Notes under the pieces: generated by a model | Databases searched by the model: none | Seen by the model: only the letters and a program-made list of their open reading frames with translations | What the model was told of the DNA's origin: nothing | DNA from: Octopus vulgaris | Taxonomy: Eukaryota | Reading direction: 5' to 3' | DNA length: 64,000 bases | NCBI GenBank assembly: GCA_951406725.2 | Contig: OX597814.1 | Location: forward strand, 145,080,001-145,144,000 | Part shown: positions 1 through 15,561 of the stretch, piece after piece | Layout: each line of letters starts with the position of its first letter | How positions within the stretch are numbered: the stretch's first letter is position 1 | Position numbers and translations under genes: made by a program

Positions 1-20
1 GCTTGGATTTTTTGTGTGTG

Positions 21-1181
21 TTAGTGGCAGCAATGTGGGGAATTGGTGCACTGGGGTAATAGCATAGGATGGTGTTGAGTGATGGCTAGAATGTTTTTGT
101 GTATCTCTTTTGCCATGTTCAACATGGCTAAAAAAGAATTTTCCTGCTTAGGGAGCAGTTTTTGGCTGGAGGTGTGGTTGCACTGTTGGATAGGGTTGTA
201 GTTTCCACTTTTGTTGTTGTTGTTTTTGTGTCTTCCTGAAAAGACTGGACCAGCATTACTGCAGCATGGTGTGTTTCTATTTTTATTGTTATTCAGGTTT
301 GTGTGTTGGCTTGAGGCCCCGTTTCTGTTTGTGCGTCGGGTCCCTGGAAGATGAGTGAAGGGACAGTCACTCAGTAGACATGTTCTCTCACGTTGGGAAT
401 ACCGGCAGATTTTGGGACTCCGAGTTGTGTGTGTTTTGAATTTCGATTTACTATTTGGTGGTGTTGATGTTATTGTGGGATGCGTGCTTTGGCCTTGGCC
501 GGTAGTGCGTCTAGTGCCGGGTAGATGCGTGAAGATGCAGTCACTATTTGTGCAGAGTCTCTGGCGCAGTGAATAGCGGCATATTTGGGGATTTCTTGTT
601 TGTGCCGTGGGGGGCGCATTCTGCTTCCTATGTTTCTTTAAGTTTTTGTTACTGCAGTAGTATTGAGGTGGTGATGTGGGGGAAGAGGGCAGTGGTTTCT
701 TATTTGGTTTTCTGTTGGTATTTTTGGTGATAGAAGACGATGGTGGCAGCGGTGGTGATGATGATGATGATAATTGTGGTGGTTGCTGTGAGAGCGGTGA
801 AAAGATACTGGCATTTAGTGAATCGTCTAGTAAGCTAGAGTTGAGGAGTGGCTGTTGTTGTTCTTGTTGCTGTGGCTGTTGTTGTTGTTGTTGTGCCTGA
901 CCGATGTCAGGGTCAGCCATTGTGCTGGGAACCAGGAGTGGCTCATTCTGTTGTTGTTGTTGTTGTGGCTGCTGATTTTCTAGCTGTTGTTGTTCTTGAA
1001 CTGTGAAAATATGTAGAAGCTTTTCATAATGGCCTCTTATCAGTTTGAAAGATACTTCGATATGTTTCAACTTGCTACGAATCTGTTTGACGGATCGTGT
1101 GTTGACCACTTGTGATGTTTTTTCGGCAATCTCATTCAAACACAAGACATTTAGATTTTCTGTTTGGGAAGAGAGAGCCAT
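21..1181 (-). CDS. Putative non-LTR retrotransposon ORF1 (coiled-coil-like N-terminus, poly-Q tracts, two CCCH-type zinc fingers)
   Basis: Open 386-aa single-exon ORF containing two repeats of C-x8-C-x4-C-x3-H (CRYSLRQRLCTNSDCIFTHLPGTRR; CRYSQRERTCLLSDCPFTHLPGTRR). About 270 bp of upstream leader abuts a (TA)n tract. ORF2 would lie left of the window. The LINE assignment is inference. Confidence 0.6.
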   Translation of the reverse strand: MALSSQTENLNVLCLNEIAEKTSQVVNTRSVKQIRSKLKHIEVSFKLIRGHYEKLLHIFTVQEQQQLENQQPQQQQQQNEPLLVPSTMADPDIGQAQQQQQQPQQQEQQQPLLNSSLLDDSLNASIFSPLSQQPPQLSSSSSPPLPPSSSITKNTNRKPNKKPLPSSPTSPPQYYCSNKNLKKHRKQNAPPTAQTRNPQICRYSLRQRLCTNSDCIFTHLPGTRRTTGQGQSTHPTITSTPPNSKSKFKTHTTRSPKICRYSQRERTCLLSDCPFTHLPGTRRTNRNGASSQHTNLNNNKNRNTPCCSNAGPVFSGRHKNNNNKSGNYNPIQQCNHTSSQKLLPKQENSFLAMLNMAKEIHKNILAITQHHPMLLPQCTNSPHCCH

Positions 1182-1450
1182 GTGTTTATTAAAACATCAA
1201 TTTCGTTATCAGACCAATTTCGTCTGTTGCAGGCCTGCAAGTTAGTCATGTTTGTTTTTCTTTTGTTTGTTTTCCTTTTGATTTTTGAAAATATATATTC
1301 TTTCTTGGGAGTTAAAGAAGTGTATATATATATAAATGTTCTCTCTTAAGGGTGTGAGTTTTTGATTATTTGGTTGTTTGAGGATATTAAAAGAAAAACA
1401 GGTGTATATAACAATTTGTAGTTAAATGAAAACGTACTTACGGGTTTGTA

Positions 1451-1760
<310 letters not shown>

Positions 1761-1971
1761 TATTGAAATGGATAAATGATTTATCTTGTTACGGATTATT
1801 CAAAATTTAACCGATACCTGGGTAGCAAAAATCACAACAGAAAAAACACGGTTGAGGTTACGACCATGGGGTGTCGCAACCGTGCCTTAGCGCGGATAAT
1901 TGAAGTTTTATATATTTAGTGAAGGGAAGAAATGGAGCTGAACGAAGATTCTACAAAATTCCTTTTTATTA

Positions 1972-2055
1972 TTTTCTACACATGTTTCAAAGGCTGCAAA
2001 TTTCCAAATTCGGATTGAATAAGGAGACCATTTTGCAGCTTTCTCTTCAGGAAAA
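1972..2055 (-). ncRNA. Type I hammerhead ribozyme motif (inverted twin of 2609-2692)
   Basis: Reverse complement of the 2609-2692 motif. Confidence 0.8.
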
Positions 2056-2608
2056 ACCAGGAATTTAAATTTCCAAACAAATGCGCAGCAAGCTATTCGA
2101 ACAAAACGCTCCCTAGGAGCCCATGGTATGGCACAAAACTGTCTCTCAATGTGCGTTGACGTCAGGATGGGTGAAGGCCGACGAAAAAGTCCGTTGGAAT
2201 AAATCGAGGTCAAACTGCGGTTAAATTTGGTAAGGGAAGAATTCCAGAAAACCAAAGAGTGTGAATATATTCTGTATAACTAATGTTAATGTTCGAATTG
2301 TTTTAAGAATGAAAGCTATCTTATTTGGGTGTGAGAAACTACTTACATGTATGTGTGTGTGCGCCTGTGTATGTGTGACAGTATGTTAGGAAGCAGCTAG
2401 AGGGAAAATATATTGCAGATATTGTAGGTCAAGCGGCTGATAAAAGCCTGTGTCTGTGTGTTCGTCTGTGGCCAGTTTATACACAGATGACTTGTCAAAC
2501 AAGGGGAGTATAATCCCTGATATTGTTTTGTGCCATACCATGGGCTCCTAGGGAGCGTTTTGTTCGAATAGCTTGCTGCGCATTTGTTTGGAAATTTAAA
2601 TTCCTGGT

Positions 2609-2692
2609 TTTTCCTGAAGAGAAAGCTGCAAAATGGTCTCCTTATTCAATCCGAATTTGGAAATTTGCAGCCTTTGAAACATGTGTAGAAAA
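2609..2692 (+). ncRNA. Type I hammerhead ribozyme motif with extended stem II
   Basis: TTTTC-CTGAAGA-GAAAGCTGCAAA...TTTGCAGCCTTT-GAAA-CATGTG-TA-GAAAA. Stem I is 5 bp, stem II is 12 positions with one mismatch, and predicted cleavage is after GTA at 2687. Confidence 0.8.
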
Positions 2693-2733
2693 TAATAAAA
2701 AGGAATTTTGTAGAATCTTCGTTCAGCTCCATT

Positions 2734-3609
2734 CATACAGGTCTCTGATGTTGTTGGATGCCATGAGAATTTCTCCAGAAGGAAGAGAGTATGGGAGTTT
2801 CAGAGCGTCCTCCCTTCCAAAGTGGATCAGTTCAAATTTGTCTTCATTTAGCAACATGTTATTCTTTTCCGCCCATTGGACAACAGCCAGTAGGTCTGAC
2901 TGAAGGTTTATTCGGTCATCCACGCCATTGATGACCTTCTGGAGCTTGGAGTCATCAGCGAAGGTTCTGATGTTACTGTGTTTGATGGTATCAGTAATAT
3001 CATTTATGTAGATGATGAAGAGAAGTGGGCCCAACACAGTGCTTTGTGGGACACCACTGCTGACTTTGGCTGGGCTGGATTTGACTCCTTCGACTCCCAC
3101 ATGTTGGGTTCTGTTAGACAGGAAGCACTTGATCCACTGCAGCAACTTTCCAGTGACACCAATATTGGACAGCTTTCTCAGAAGGATCTTATGATCAACC
3201 CTGTCAAAGGCCTTGCTGAAATCAAGGTAGATGACATCAGTGTTGGAACCTTCTCCCAAGGCTCTCAAAATGTCATCAAAATGATGCAGTAGCTGCGTCA
3301 GGCAATCTCTCCCATTACGGAATCCATGCTGGTTGGGGTTCAGCATATTATGCCTCTCAAGGAAGTGAGTCATACGCGATCTCAGCACCCTCTCAAATAC
3401 CTTGATGATATGAGAGGTGAGTGAGATTGGACGGTAATTCACGGCAAGCGATTTGTTTCCTTTTTTTGAAAACTGGGACAACAGACTGGGATAGAAGGTC
3501 CTCTGGTATATATCCAGCATCCAGTGAGTTCCGCCACAGATTGGCTAGAGGGGGTGCAAGTTGGTTTTGACACATCTTCAAGACACAAGCAGGGAACCTA
3601 TCGGGACCT
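2734..3609 (-). mobile_element. CR1/L2-group LINE reverse transcriptase fragment (one frameshift, truncated at both ends)
   Basis: Motifs [48 protein letters not shown] and FADD. Confidence 0.92.
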
Positions 3610-5640
<2,031 letters not shown>

Positions 5641-5897
5641 TTATATATATAAAAGAAGAAAATAATTCATATGTTTCTTCGAACACTGGCCTAAAAATCA
5701 AAAAACTTTAAACAAATCCAGCCGTCACTTTTGATTGATTACAGTTTCACTTATTATCTCATTTCCTTTCCTCTTTCATTCGTGATTGGCTTCGTTTTTT
5801 TTTCTTTTCCTATCTTGCTACTAAACTACAAATTTTTAATAACATACAGGTGTTTTCTCACCAGTGTTACAGAAATTAAAATGATCAAATTACGTTC

Positions 5898-5922
5898 ATA
5901 TGTATGTATATATGTATGTATG

Positions 5923-5956
<34 letters not shown>

Positions 5957-6705
5957 TGTATGTATGTATGTATGAATTATGTATGTATGCATGCATGTAT
6001 GTATGTATGTATGTATGTATGCATGCATGTATGAAAATGTGCACATTTATAAGTCTATATGTATAAATGCATCTATCTATCTATACATTGATATATATGT
6101 ATGTATACGTATATATAAATGTTTACATTTACATACATATGTATACATGCATATATATATGCATATATATGTATATATATATGTGTATATATATATATAT
6201 ATGCGTATATACATATTATATAACTTACATAATATATGTATATATGTATATATATATATATGTGTGTATATATATATACATATATACATAATATATAACA
6301 TACATAATATGTATATATATATATATATATATACCTATACATACACACACCTACATACTTACAAACTTATATACGTATACATACACACCCCAAAACAAAC
6401 AAAACATTCTCTCATACACGTACACAAACACACCGACACACTCACTCTCTCCCTCTCTCATGCACACACACACACACACAATTTCGGAGTACAAGTATAA
6501 ACATTATATTGCGCAGGCGTTAGTGTAAATATATAAAAATTTTTAACTCGTTCAGAAGTTACGTGTTGAGGAGAAAAAAAATATTAACAATTTTTTAATG
6601 AATATCATGTAATTTGTAGGTAGTAATTTTCTAATGACACAAACGAAGGTAGTGTATATATTTGTTAAAATAAACATATGCATACTCACAAAAAAAGGTA
6701 CATCC

Positions 6706-6775
<70 letters not shown>

Positions 6776-6989
6776 ATGTATACGTTTCCTCTTCGTCATT
6801 ATCACTAGAAAATTATATGTACACACATATATGTACGAATATCTGTATGTGTGTATGAGCATGTTTGTTCATGTGTATACGAGCGTGAATGCAGTATGTG
6901 CGTTTGTGTGTCGGCGTCAGTGTATGCGTGTGCGTGGAGAATAGGGCAAGTGAGTACTTCACAGCGTACGTATTAATCCGACTAAATCT

Positions 6990-7064
<75 letters not shown>

Positions 7065-7167
7065 TTCTGCACACATGCACGCACATAAAACATACCAATG
7101 CAGCCTTTGCACTATTTGTTCTATCTTCATTTATTTAATCAAAACCTCAATTATCTTGCAAATGTGC

Positions 7168-7203
<36 letters not shown>

Positions 7204-7272
7204 ATACACAATATATATATATATATATATGTATATACATATATATATACATACATATATATACATACACTA

Positions 7273-7311
<39 letters not shown>

Positions 7312-7610
7312 CTCATACATATATATACATACATATAAATATATATACATACATATATATATATATGAGAAGCCGAAAGGGTATGTTCTTACTTTCAGTG
7401 TTTTCAAATCCAAACCAACAGTTTCTGAGCTGATGATAGAAGTGTCCTATTGACTAATCTTGAAACGTACGTTCTCAAATAACCTTTGCATTTGATTTTT
7501 TGATGTCCTTACCCCCAAACATATACAAATATATATTTATAGCAAGTTTTTACACACACACTAAGCCCTTTTATATAATATATATATATATGCATATATA
7601 TATGCATATA

Positions 7611-7668
<58 letters not shown>

Positions 7669-7981
7669 CAAATATATATTTATACAATACACACACACTC
7701 ATATATATATATATATGCATATATATATATGCATATATATATATGCATATATATATATGTCTATATGAAACGAAAAGATTTACACTGGCACACAAACACG
7801 CACGCACACACACAGTCACACGTACGTACACATACTCAGACACACACACACACACCTGTATATTTAGTAATATACTATAAGTATGTAGTGCATATATTTA
7901 TAATGTGGAGGACATGTTGTTTCAGAAAATTATATATCTACGCAATGATGATGATAACATTAATGAATTTAGGCAGCGTCA

Positions 7982-8033
<52 letters not shown>

Positions 8034-8044
8034 TAATAATAATA

Positions 8045-8093
<49 letters not shown>

Positions 8094-8362
8094 TAATAGA
8101 TAAATTATCGATGAATAATTCAACAACGATATGTGGAAAATTATTAAAAATATACGTGCCTACTGTATATTACATATAGATGATATCGACAGCAAAAAAT
8201 GTGTAATAATATTTTTTTCAGAGGAAACAAAACAAAAAAAAAAGAAATGAAAAGAAAATATGCGTGTGTGTGTGTAATAGGTGTGTGTGAGTGCGTATGT
8301 ATGGTATGTGTTCGAGTCGGTATGTATGTATATATGTATACATTTATATTCATATATATTCA

Positions 8363-8393
<31 letters not shown>

Positions 8394-8459
8394 CTTATAT
8401 ATATATATATACACTAATATATATATATATACACTAATATATATATATATATATATATA

Positions 8460-8503
<44 letters not shown>

Positions 8504-8645
8504 AATATGTGTGCTTGCGTGTGCGTGCGCGTGCGCGCGTGCGCTTGTCTATGTGCGTGTGTGCGTATGTGCATAAGTACATATATACGTAAATAGATAT
8601 ATAAATGTATACACACGCAGACGCGCGCGCACACACGTATATACA

Positions 8646-8710
<65 letters not shown>

Positions 8711-8883
8711 TTACCTATATGTATGTAGATAAATTGGTATGTATAAAATATACACAGCTACATATACATATTTACATATATTGATGTATATCTTTCTATA
8801 TATCATTATTCCTTATTGATATTCGTATGTTATGTATATCTTTGTATACAAAATATATATACACATACATGTATGTAGACAGG

Positions 8884-8970
<87 letters not shown>

Positions 8971-9054
8971 ATCTATATATGTATATTTATATATATATGT
9001 ATATTTTTCACATACACACACATACATATATGTATATATATGTATATATATCTA

Positions 9055-9104
<50 letters not shown>

Positions 9105-9105
9105 C
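5898..9105. repeat. Compound microsatellite field: (TATG)n, (TA)n, (ATCT)n 6706-6775, (AC)n 6991-7062, (AAT)n 7983-8100
   Basis: Direct reading; source of most spurious ORFs here. Confidence 0.95.
7426..7477 (+). ncRNA. Minimal type I hammerhead ribozyme motif in a ~200-bp island within (TA)n
   Basis: TGAG-CTGATGA-TAGA..GTC ctatt GAC..TCTT-GAAA-CGTACG-TT-CTCA. Stem I is TGAG/CTCA and stem III is the palindrome ACGTACGT. The first stem II pair is a T-T mismatch. Confidence 0.72.
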
Positions 9106-10372
9106 TCACGTACAAACATGCACTCACCGAACACACACTGGCACACTCACCTCTATCGACCAAGAGAAAAATACGAACTGATTTATATATTTTCTTTAAT
9201 TTCTATATCAATCAAATGAAGCCTACACTAGCTGGAAGATATAATTTTTATGATACTTGATAACTTTTACCTTTTATTTATTTTTATTTTTTGTATTTTT
9301 TTGTATACACTGCCTTGCAGGACAGAAGAATTTTGGAACCAGAAATAACCTTTTCTATATAAAAATTATACATTGTTCAAATTATCGCTTCATCGCAGGT
9401 AGGTATTATCTTGTGGTAAAGAAATTAGGTCTAGCTTATTTGATTTTTATAACTTGGTTTTTATTCCAATTTATTCTAATCTAATTTTGGATTATGTTTC
9501 CAAACTGATCTTCTTATCTCTCTAACACTATTTTTTTTTCTGTCACTACTTCTTGCTTCGTCTTGATATTTTATGTTTTGCACAATGCATCAAAACAGCC
9601 AATTGTGATCAATCAAGAAGGAGTCGTTGTGAAGTTATGTGGCTTGATTTATCGATATTTAATCGAAGTATCTTAGCGACATTCAGATAAAACTTATAAC
9701 TACAACGGATGATGCAAAAGCTCTCTTGATGACTTCTGATCGAACATAATTCTATACATTAGAAGTTTTCAATTATGATGTTTCCGACTGAACAAGTTCC
9801 TGTTCCTTCGCAGTACACAAGGCTTGATTATCATCTACGATACTTCTCCTGGGTTATACAAACGATTTTGTCTTCAGCCACCATACCATACCATACATAT
9901 CAAACATTTTTTTTCTCTCACACACTTGTAATATACAGAAACAGTGAAAGAACTACTAAACAAAATCCAAGCAAAATAATATTGAAAAAACCCCCCCAAA
10001 AAACACTAACAAAAAACCAAAAATATCATAAATGAGATGCTGGAATATAAAGAAAGTTATTTATAGATTTAATTTGTTAGATTACTGAAATTCAAATAAT
10101 ACCACTGGTAATAATTAATACCCTAGAGCAATGTAGTCGATTGTATTTTGATTCAATTAGTTAACTGAGCTGAGAATAAGCACGGATGTTATAGAGATGT
10201 AGCCGATGGCTAGACTTAAATACTATATAGGTGACAGTTGTTTGCTAGTATCAACATTTTCGAAACTGATCTACCATAAAACCATACGGAAACGTATATA
10301 GGAATGCACAAACGCAAAGTACCCAGACATATCACACGAACATCACGCGCGTGCACACACACACATACACAC

Positions 10373-10418
<46 letters not shown>

Positions 10419-11491
10419 ATATATATATGTTTGTATATATATGTATGTATATATATATATATGTATATATATATATTCCCACACATTTATATATACACAT
10501 ATGCATGCTAATACGCGCATACACGTACACACACGTGCGCGTGCACAAGCATCTAAACATGTGAGTGTGTGTGTGTGTAGTGTGTGTGTGTGTACATGCA
10601 TATATATGAATATGTGTATAAAAGTGATGTAGTGGGAAAACTTACTAATAATATGAGAGAATACTGGAAAGGTGTTCCTGTCAAAACCTTTTTTTTAAAA
10701 CCTAAGTTAAACAGTTCAGACATAATGATCTGAGACGAAAAAAGACAAAAAAAACCCCAAAAAAACAGAAGAACCAAAAACGAGAGAAAACACACACAAA
10801 GGAAGTGGAGCTTAATAGAAGAAATCAGTTGACCAACACACTCAAAAATATATTGTTGAAAATAAAAGAAAAAGATAGAATCAACGCTAAACAAATAATA
10901 AATCCGTGGATTTATTATTACTGAATTTCGTTATTTAACTAACAGCTCACAAACGGAGCAAAATCAGCAATGATATGACGTATAAGAACATTACAACTAA
11001 AAGCTACTAATAGCATTCTAAAAATATAAAAAAAATATTCAAGAATTTTACCATAAATATGTAAAAATATATATATGTATAGATATAGAAGCGTATGTAT
11101 GTATATAGATCAACGATAAGGCAAATTATTGAAGGGAGAGAAATGAACCGCATTACGGTTGAACAATTCGGCACTGAGAAAAGCTGCGTTAATTGGTATA
11201 TAAGGAAATGTAAATGGTAATTAATGAGAGAAAAGGGAGGAGGGGAAAAGAAGATAAGAGAGGAGGAAGCCGTAACAAGCATTTGTGAATGAAGCTACAT
11301 TAACTCAAATTTTTAGTGGGGAGATAACCCAATATTTAATGGCATTTTTTTAATGGGGTTGGGTTAATCAAAAAGTACACTGAATTCTATAGAAAATCTA
11401 TAGAATCAAATGGAGGGAAAAAGTGAAATATAAAGCAAAAGAAATACATAGAGAGTCTTAGAAAAGTCGAAGAGGAAGGAGCAAATATATC

Positions 11492-11660
11492 AGGTGCAGG
11501 CATGGCTGTGTGATTAAGAAGCTCGCTTGGTAAATACGTGGTTTTGGGGTTCAATACCACTGCGCGACATGTTGGGAGGCTGTTTCCTACTATAACCCCA
11601 GGCCGACAACTGCCTTGTGAGTGAGTGTGGCAGGTGGAGTCCGTATGGTCGCCCGTCGTG
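11492..11660 (+). mobile_element. SINE family A, 5' half (tRNA-like head)
   Basis: aggtgcaggcatggctgtgtgattaag...gggttcaataccactgcg, followed by (GT)n. Confidence 0.75.
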
Positions 11661-11702
11661 TTTGCGTGTCTGTGTGTCTGTGTGTATGTGTGTGTGTGTG
11701 TG

Positions 11703-11744
<42 letters not shown>

Positions 11745-12650
11745 CGCGTGTATCTTTGTGTGTGTGATTGTCTTCTCTTACTGTTCATCTTTCGTTCTAT
11801 ATTTCGTTCATACATGCACATTTGAAAATATTAATTTATCTGTAATTAACCCCATAGTGTTACACCGCTAAAGTTAATGGGTATTTAAGCAGTGCATTCT
11901 GAATAATTTATGGCTTAGATGTTATGCTGAAGAGGAAGCAAAACTTGTGAAATTTACATATACAACTATTCCCTATTTTTTCTGTTTTCGATCTCATTGT
12001 TTACCATATTCGTATATGAAACGACGTAAGTGACAGTTCTAACTCTGATTTCGGTACCATTTGTTTATCACACCCCAATTAAAAAATTGAGTTATCTCCA
12101 CCAACTGAAAAAATTGCTTAACTATCAATTAAACAACAAAAAAAAAATGAAAAATTAATAAACATGGAAAGTGAAAAGATTAAACATCTTATTGAATCTA
12201 ATAACATTTTCATAACAAATCATACCATACATATTGAGTAGGCGAAAAGTCAACGATATTTTGAAGTATTGAATTAAAAGGATCTAACCCTTTTAATCCT
12301 ATCTCTTGTCGCTACATTAACTCAACTTTTTAGTGTGGGCATAAACCAAATTTTTAATGACATTTTTTAAATGGGGTGAGATAACCAAAAAGAACCCTGA
12401 ATTTTATAGAAAAATCTATAGTTTATCACTTAAAAATCTAAGAATGATATTCTGAGTGACATTTTTTAGAAAATGATAATTCCTTCGTCTTGAAGTCTAT
12501 ATTGTTAACTTAATAACATTCACATATACACACATCCGTGAGCGTCAGCGTGTACACACCTACTCACGCACACGTACGTGCACGCACATGCATGCTTACA
12601 AATGCTAATGAATACGCTCTTATGCATAGAAACCATCGAACTCCTCCTTC

Positions 12651-12704
<54 letters not shown>

Positions 12705-13327
12705 GCGCTCACACTCACACATGTTGCGCTTGCACAAATGTGATGGTGTCAAGATACAGTAAAAGTTTGCCCAACTTATTGGAAGTCGACCTGAAGAAAA
12801 TAACAATAAAGAAGTTTAAGATATTCCAATAAAATTCAATGAAAAAAATAGACACAAAAAAAACAAAGCCCTCGCCTAAAACCGTGCAAAACAAAACAAA
12901 GGAATTAAATATATCAGTAATGATAGTACTTCTGTGAAAGTAAAAAATTCTCCAGGAGGTTCATTTTGACTATCGATAGAAAATGCCAGTTATTGGTAAA
13001 TCAATAACTTTAAATACCTGATCATTGATCATGTAAGAAAAACGAAAAAAAAACAAAACAAAAAAACAAAACAAAAGCAACTAAAACAACGCACAAAAAA
13101 AAAATGAACGCTTCGTTTCTCTTCTAGCTATTGTCTGAATACAATTCTACAGAAACTAGAATAAGCCACTAGCAAGATGCATTGTGTTACGTGGATTTTT
13201 CTCTCTTCTTTTTTTTTTACTATTAGAATTTAAAGGTGTATCGCAATAAAAATTCATTGGCAACATTTTGCGATAATCAGCGAAATTTAACAAGAAATAG
13301 GCAATATTAAACTTCTACAATAAATGC

Positions 13328-13387
<60 letters not shown>

Positions 13388-13509
13388 CTTTTGAATTTGT
13401 TTATGGGAGATATTTTGAATATGCAAATAAAGCTCCTATTCCATTATGTCACCCACCGTCTAATGATGTTGACTAGTGAGTCAGCTATGTAGGATATATA
13501 TATATATAT

Positions 13510-13564
<55 letters not shown>

Positions 13565-13644
13565 AGTGTGTGTGTGTGTGTGTGTGTGTACAAAAGTCCC
13601 TCATCAGAAGTAAACAGCTTAGAAATATAAATTCATGTTGATTA

Positions 13645-13770
13645 CTGATAAGAAGTTTTGATTCTCAGATGCATGGTTCCGTCCCGCTGCGCAGCACCTT
13701 GGTGTTTTCGTCTATAATCTCGGGCTGAATCAAGCCTTTCCGTGGACCTGTTAGAGGGAAACTGAAAGAT
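13645..13770 (+). mobile_element. SINE family A, degenerate 5' half
   Basis: ggttccgtcccgctgcgcagcaccttgg...ggaaactgaaaga. Confidence 0.6.
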
Positions 13771-13802
13771 ACACTCACGCACTCGCGCACACACACACAC
13801 GT

Positions 13803-13837
<35 letters not shown>

Positions 13838-13972
13838 TTCTTTCGGACTCTACCTCCATGGATCTTACTGGCTCGTAACGTAAAACATTTTTCCTTTCTT
13901 CCCGAGCGTTAAACTAATACACCTGTTTGTTGTTCCTCCACCTGTCTTCATCTTTTGTTTTCTGTAAATTTG

Positions 13973-14066
<94 letters not shown>

Positions 14067-14438
14067 ATGTGTGTATGTATATGCACACGTATATATCCCC
14101 GTGTTTATCTTTGTCTTAGCAAAAGTCGAAGGCTGACCTAGGAACTCGAACACGTATCTTCTGGCAATAAGAGAGTCATTCTACAATTCAATCAAAGCGA
14201 CCCTTCGAATTTGTCAATCGATTTTTGAAACGTTATGCTTAGCAACGAGGATTGTGTGATGCAGAACATCATAAGAGTATAAAAACTTAGAGAATGTGAA
14301 GTAATTAATTTTTGTAACGGTGAAATTCAAAGCGCTGTTATTTATAGCTGTATCTCCTTCGAGTTACAAGTTTCTAAAACGTGTTATTCCACTTGGTCTC
14401 CAAGTTTTAAAAAATCTATTTATCTTGCTATCGTCAAA

Positions 14439-14576
<138 letters not shown>

Positions 14577-14647
14577 AACATATATAGTATCATTATGAAC
14601 AGGGTTAATTTAGTTGTTTCTCCTTACAATGAAAATAATGATGAACA

Positions 14648-14690
14648 ACCTCAATCGATTTTCGAATCTTATTGAATTCTCATCAGAGGC
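14648..14690 (-). ncRNA. Minimal type I hammerhead-like motif (G at position 17)
   Basis: Minus strand: GCCT-CTGATGA-GAATT caataa GATTC-GAAA-ATCGAT-TG-AGGT. All three stems pair, and stem III is the palindrome AATCGATT. Confidence 0.68.
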
Positions 14691-15110
14691 GTCTATATCA
14701 ATTTGAACAATCCCAGAGAAACAAGCAACCAATTTGTTTATATACTCAACAACTCCAGTAGCTGCAGGAAACCGATGCTACTAATTTGCATAAGTGTTAG
14801 CTCTCTATGTGAGAGTATGTTCATGTGGATTGACATGACTAAGTGATTTGATAGTACAAAATGTACAGAATAAAATTCAACATTATTTTCGAATGTTTCT
14901 CTATGCAAAGTTGATTTAATGTTGTTTGCATATATTTAGACATACTGATCTAAAGTTATTTGAAGAGTTAAAATTGAAAGATCGAATCAATAGACTACAC
15001 TCCACAGAAATATATTGACCATCCGATTTTACGTATTTGAACTTACAGGGCACGTAATGGCTATTTAACTTGCTTTACCCTTCATAACTAACACCATGCT
15101 GGAAAACCAC

Positions 15111-15142
<32 letters not shown>

Positions 15143-15144
15143 TG

Positions 15145-15171
<27 letters not shown>

Positions 15172-15175
<4 letters not shown>

Positions 15176-15285
15176 TTTTTCAGTTTTATTTCAAGATTTC
15201 TTCTTAATAGAGAAAAAATCGGTTTCTAAACTAGATCCAAGGTTCCTTCATTACAATTTCAACATCAATAGGGTATTTTTGTACG
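15172..15285 (-). mobile_element. Short retroelement 3' end with (TACA)n tail, inside (TATG)n
   Basis: Minus strand ends AATAAAACTGAAAAATTACATACATAC. Both flanks are (TATG)n, the same geometry as 20920-21200. Confidence 0.5.
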
Positions 15286-15378
15286 TATATATGTATGTAT
15301 GTAGTATTTATGTATGTATGTACATGAGTAGATTTGTTTGTTTTGTTTTATGTATGTCTTTTCATGCAAATACTTATA

Positions 15379-15540
15379 GGCGCAGGAGTGGGTGTGTCTT
15401 AAGTAGCTTGCTAACCAACCGCATGGTTCCGGGTTCAGTTGCACTGCGTGGCACCTTGAGCAAGTGTCTTCTAATAAAACTCCAAGGCGACCAAAGCCTT
15501 GTGAGTAGATTTAGTTGACAGAAACTGAAATGAGACTTAT
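15379..15540 (+). mobile_element. SINE family A, 5' half
   Basis: ggcgcaggagtgg...ttccgggttcagttgcactgcgtggcaccttgagcaagtgtcttct. Confidence 0.85.
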
Positions 15541-15561
15541 ATATATGCAAAATCATGGAGC

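Larger units (their letters stand above)
1761..2733 (-). mobile_element. Penelope-like pseudo-LTR remnant with a 209-bp inverted arm, both arms carrying a hammerhead motif
   Basis: 1931-2139 is the reverse complement of 2525-2733. The divergent geometry is typical of 5'-inverted Penelope-like insertions. No coding sequence is retained. Confidence 0.7.

Noticed and set aside
1908-2903. Two ORFs sharing the peptide FCAIPWAPRERFVRIACC
   Set aside because: The shared peptide results from the inverted repeat and has no recognisable domain.
11922-12034. CTGAAGAG ... GAAACGACGTA
   Set aside because: No stem II pairing and a mismatch at the base of stem I; likely chance.
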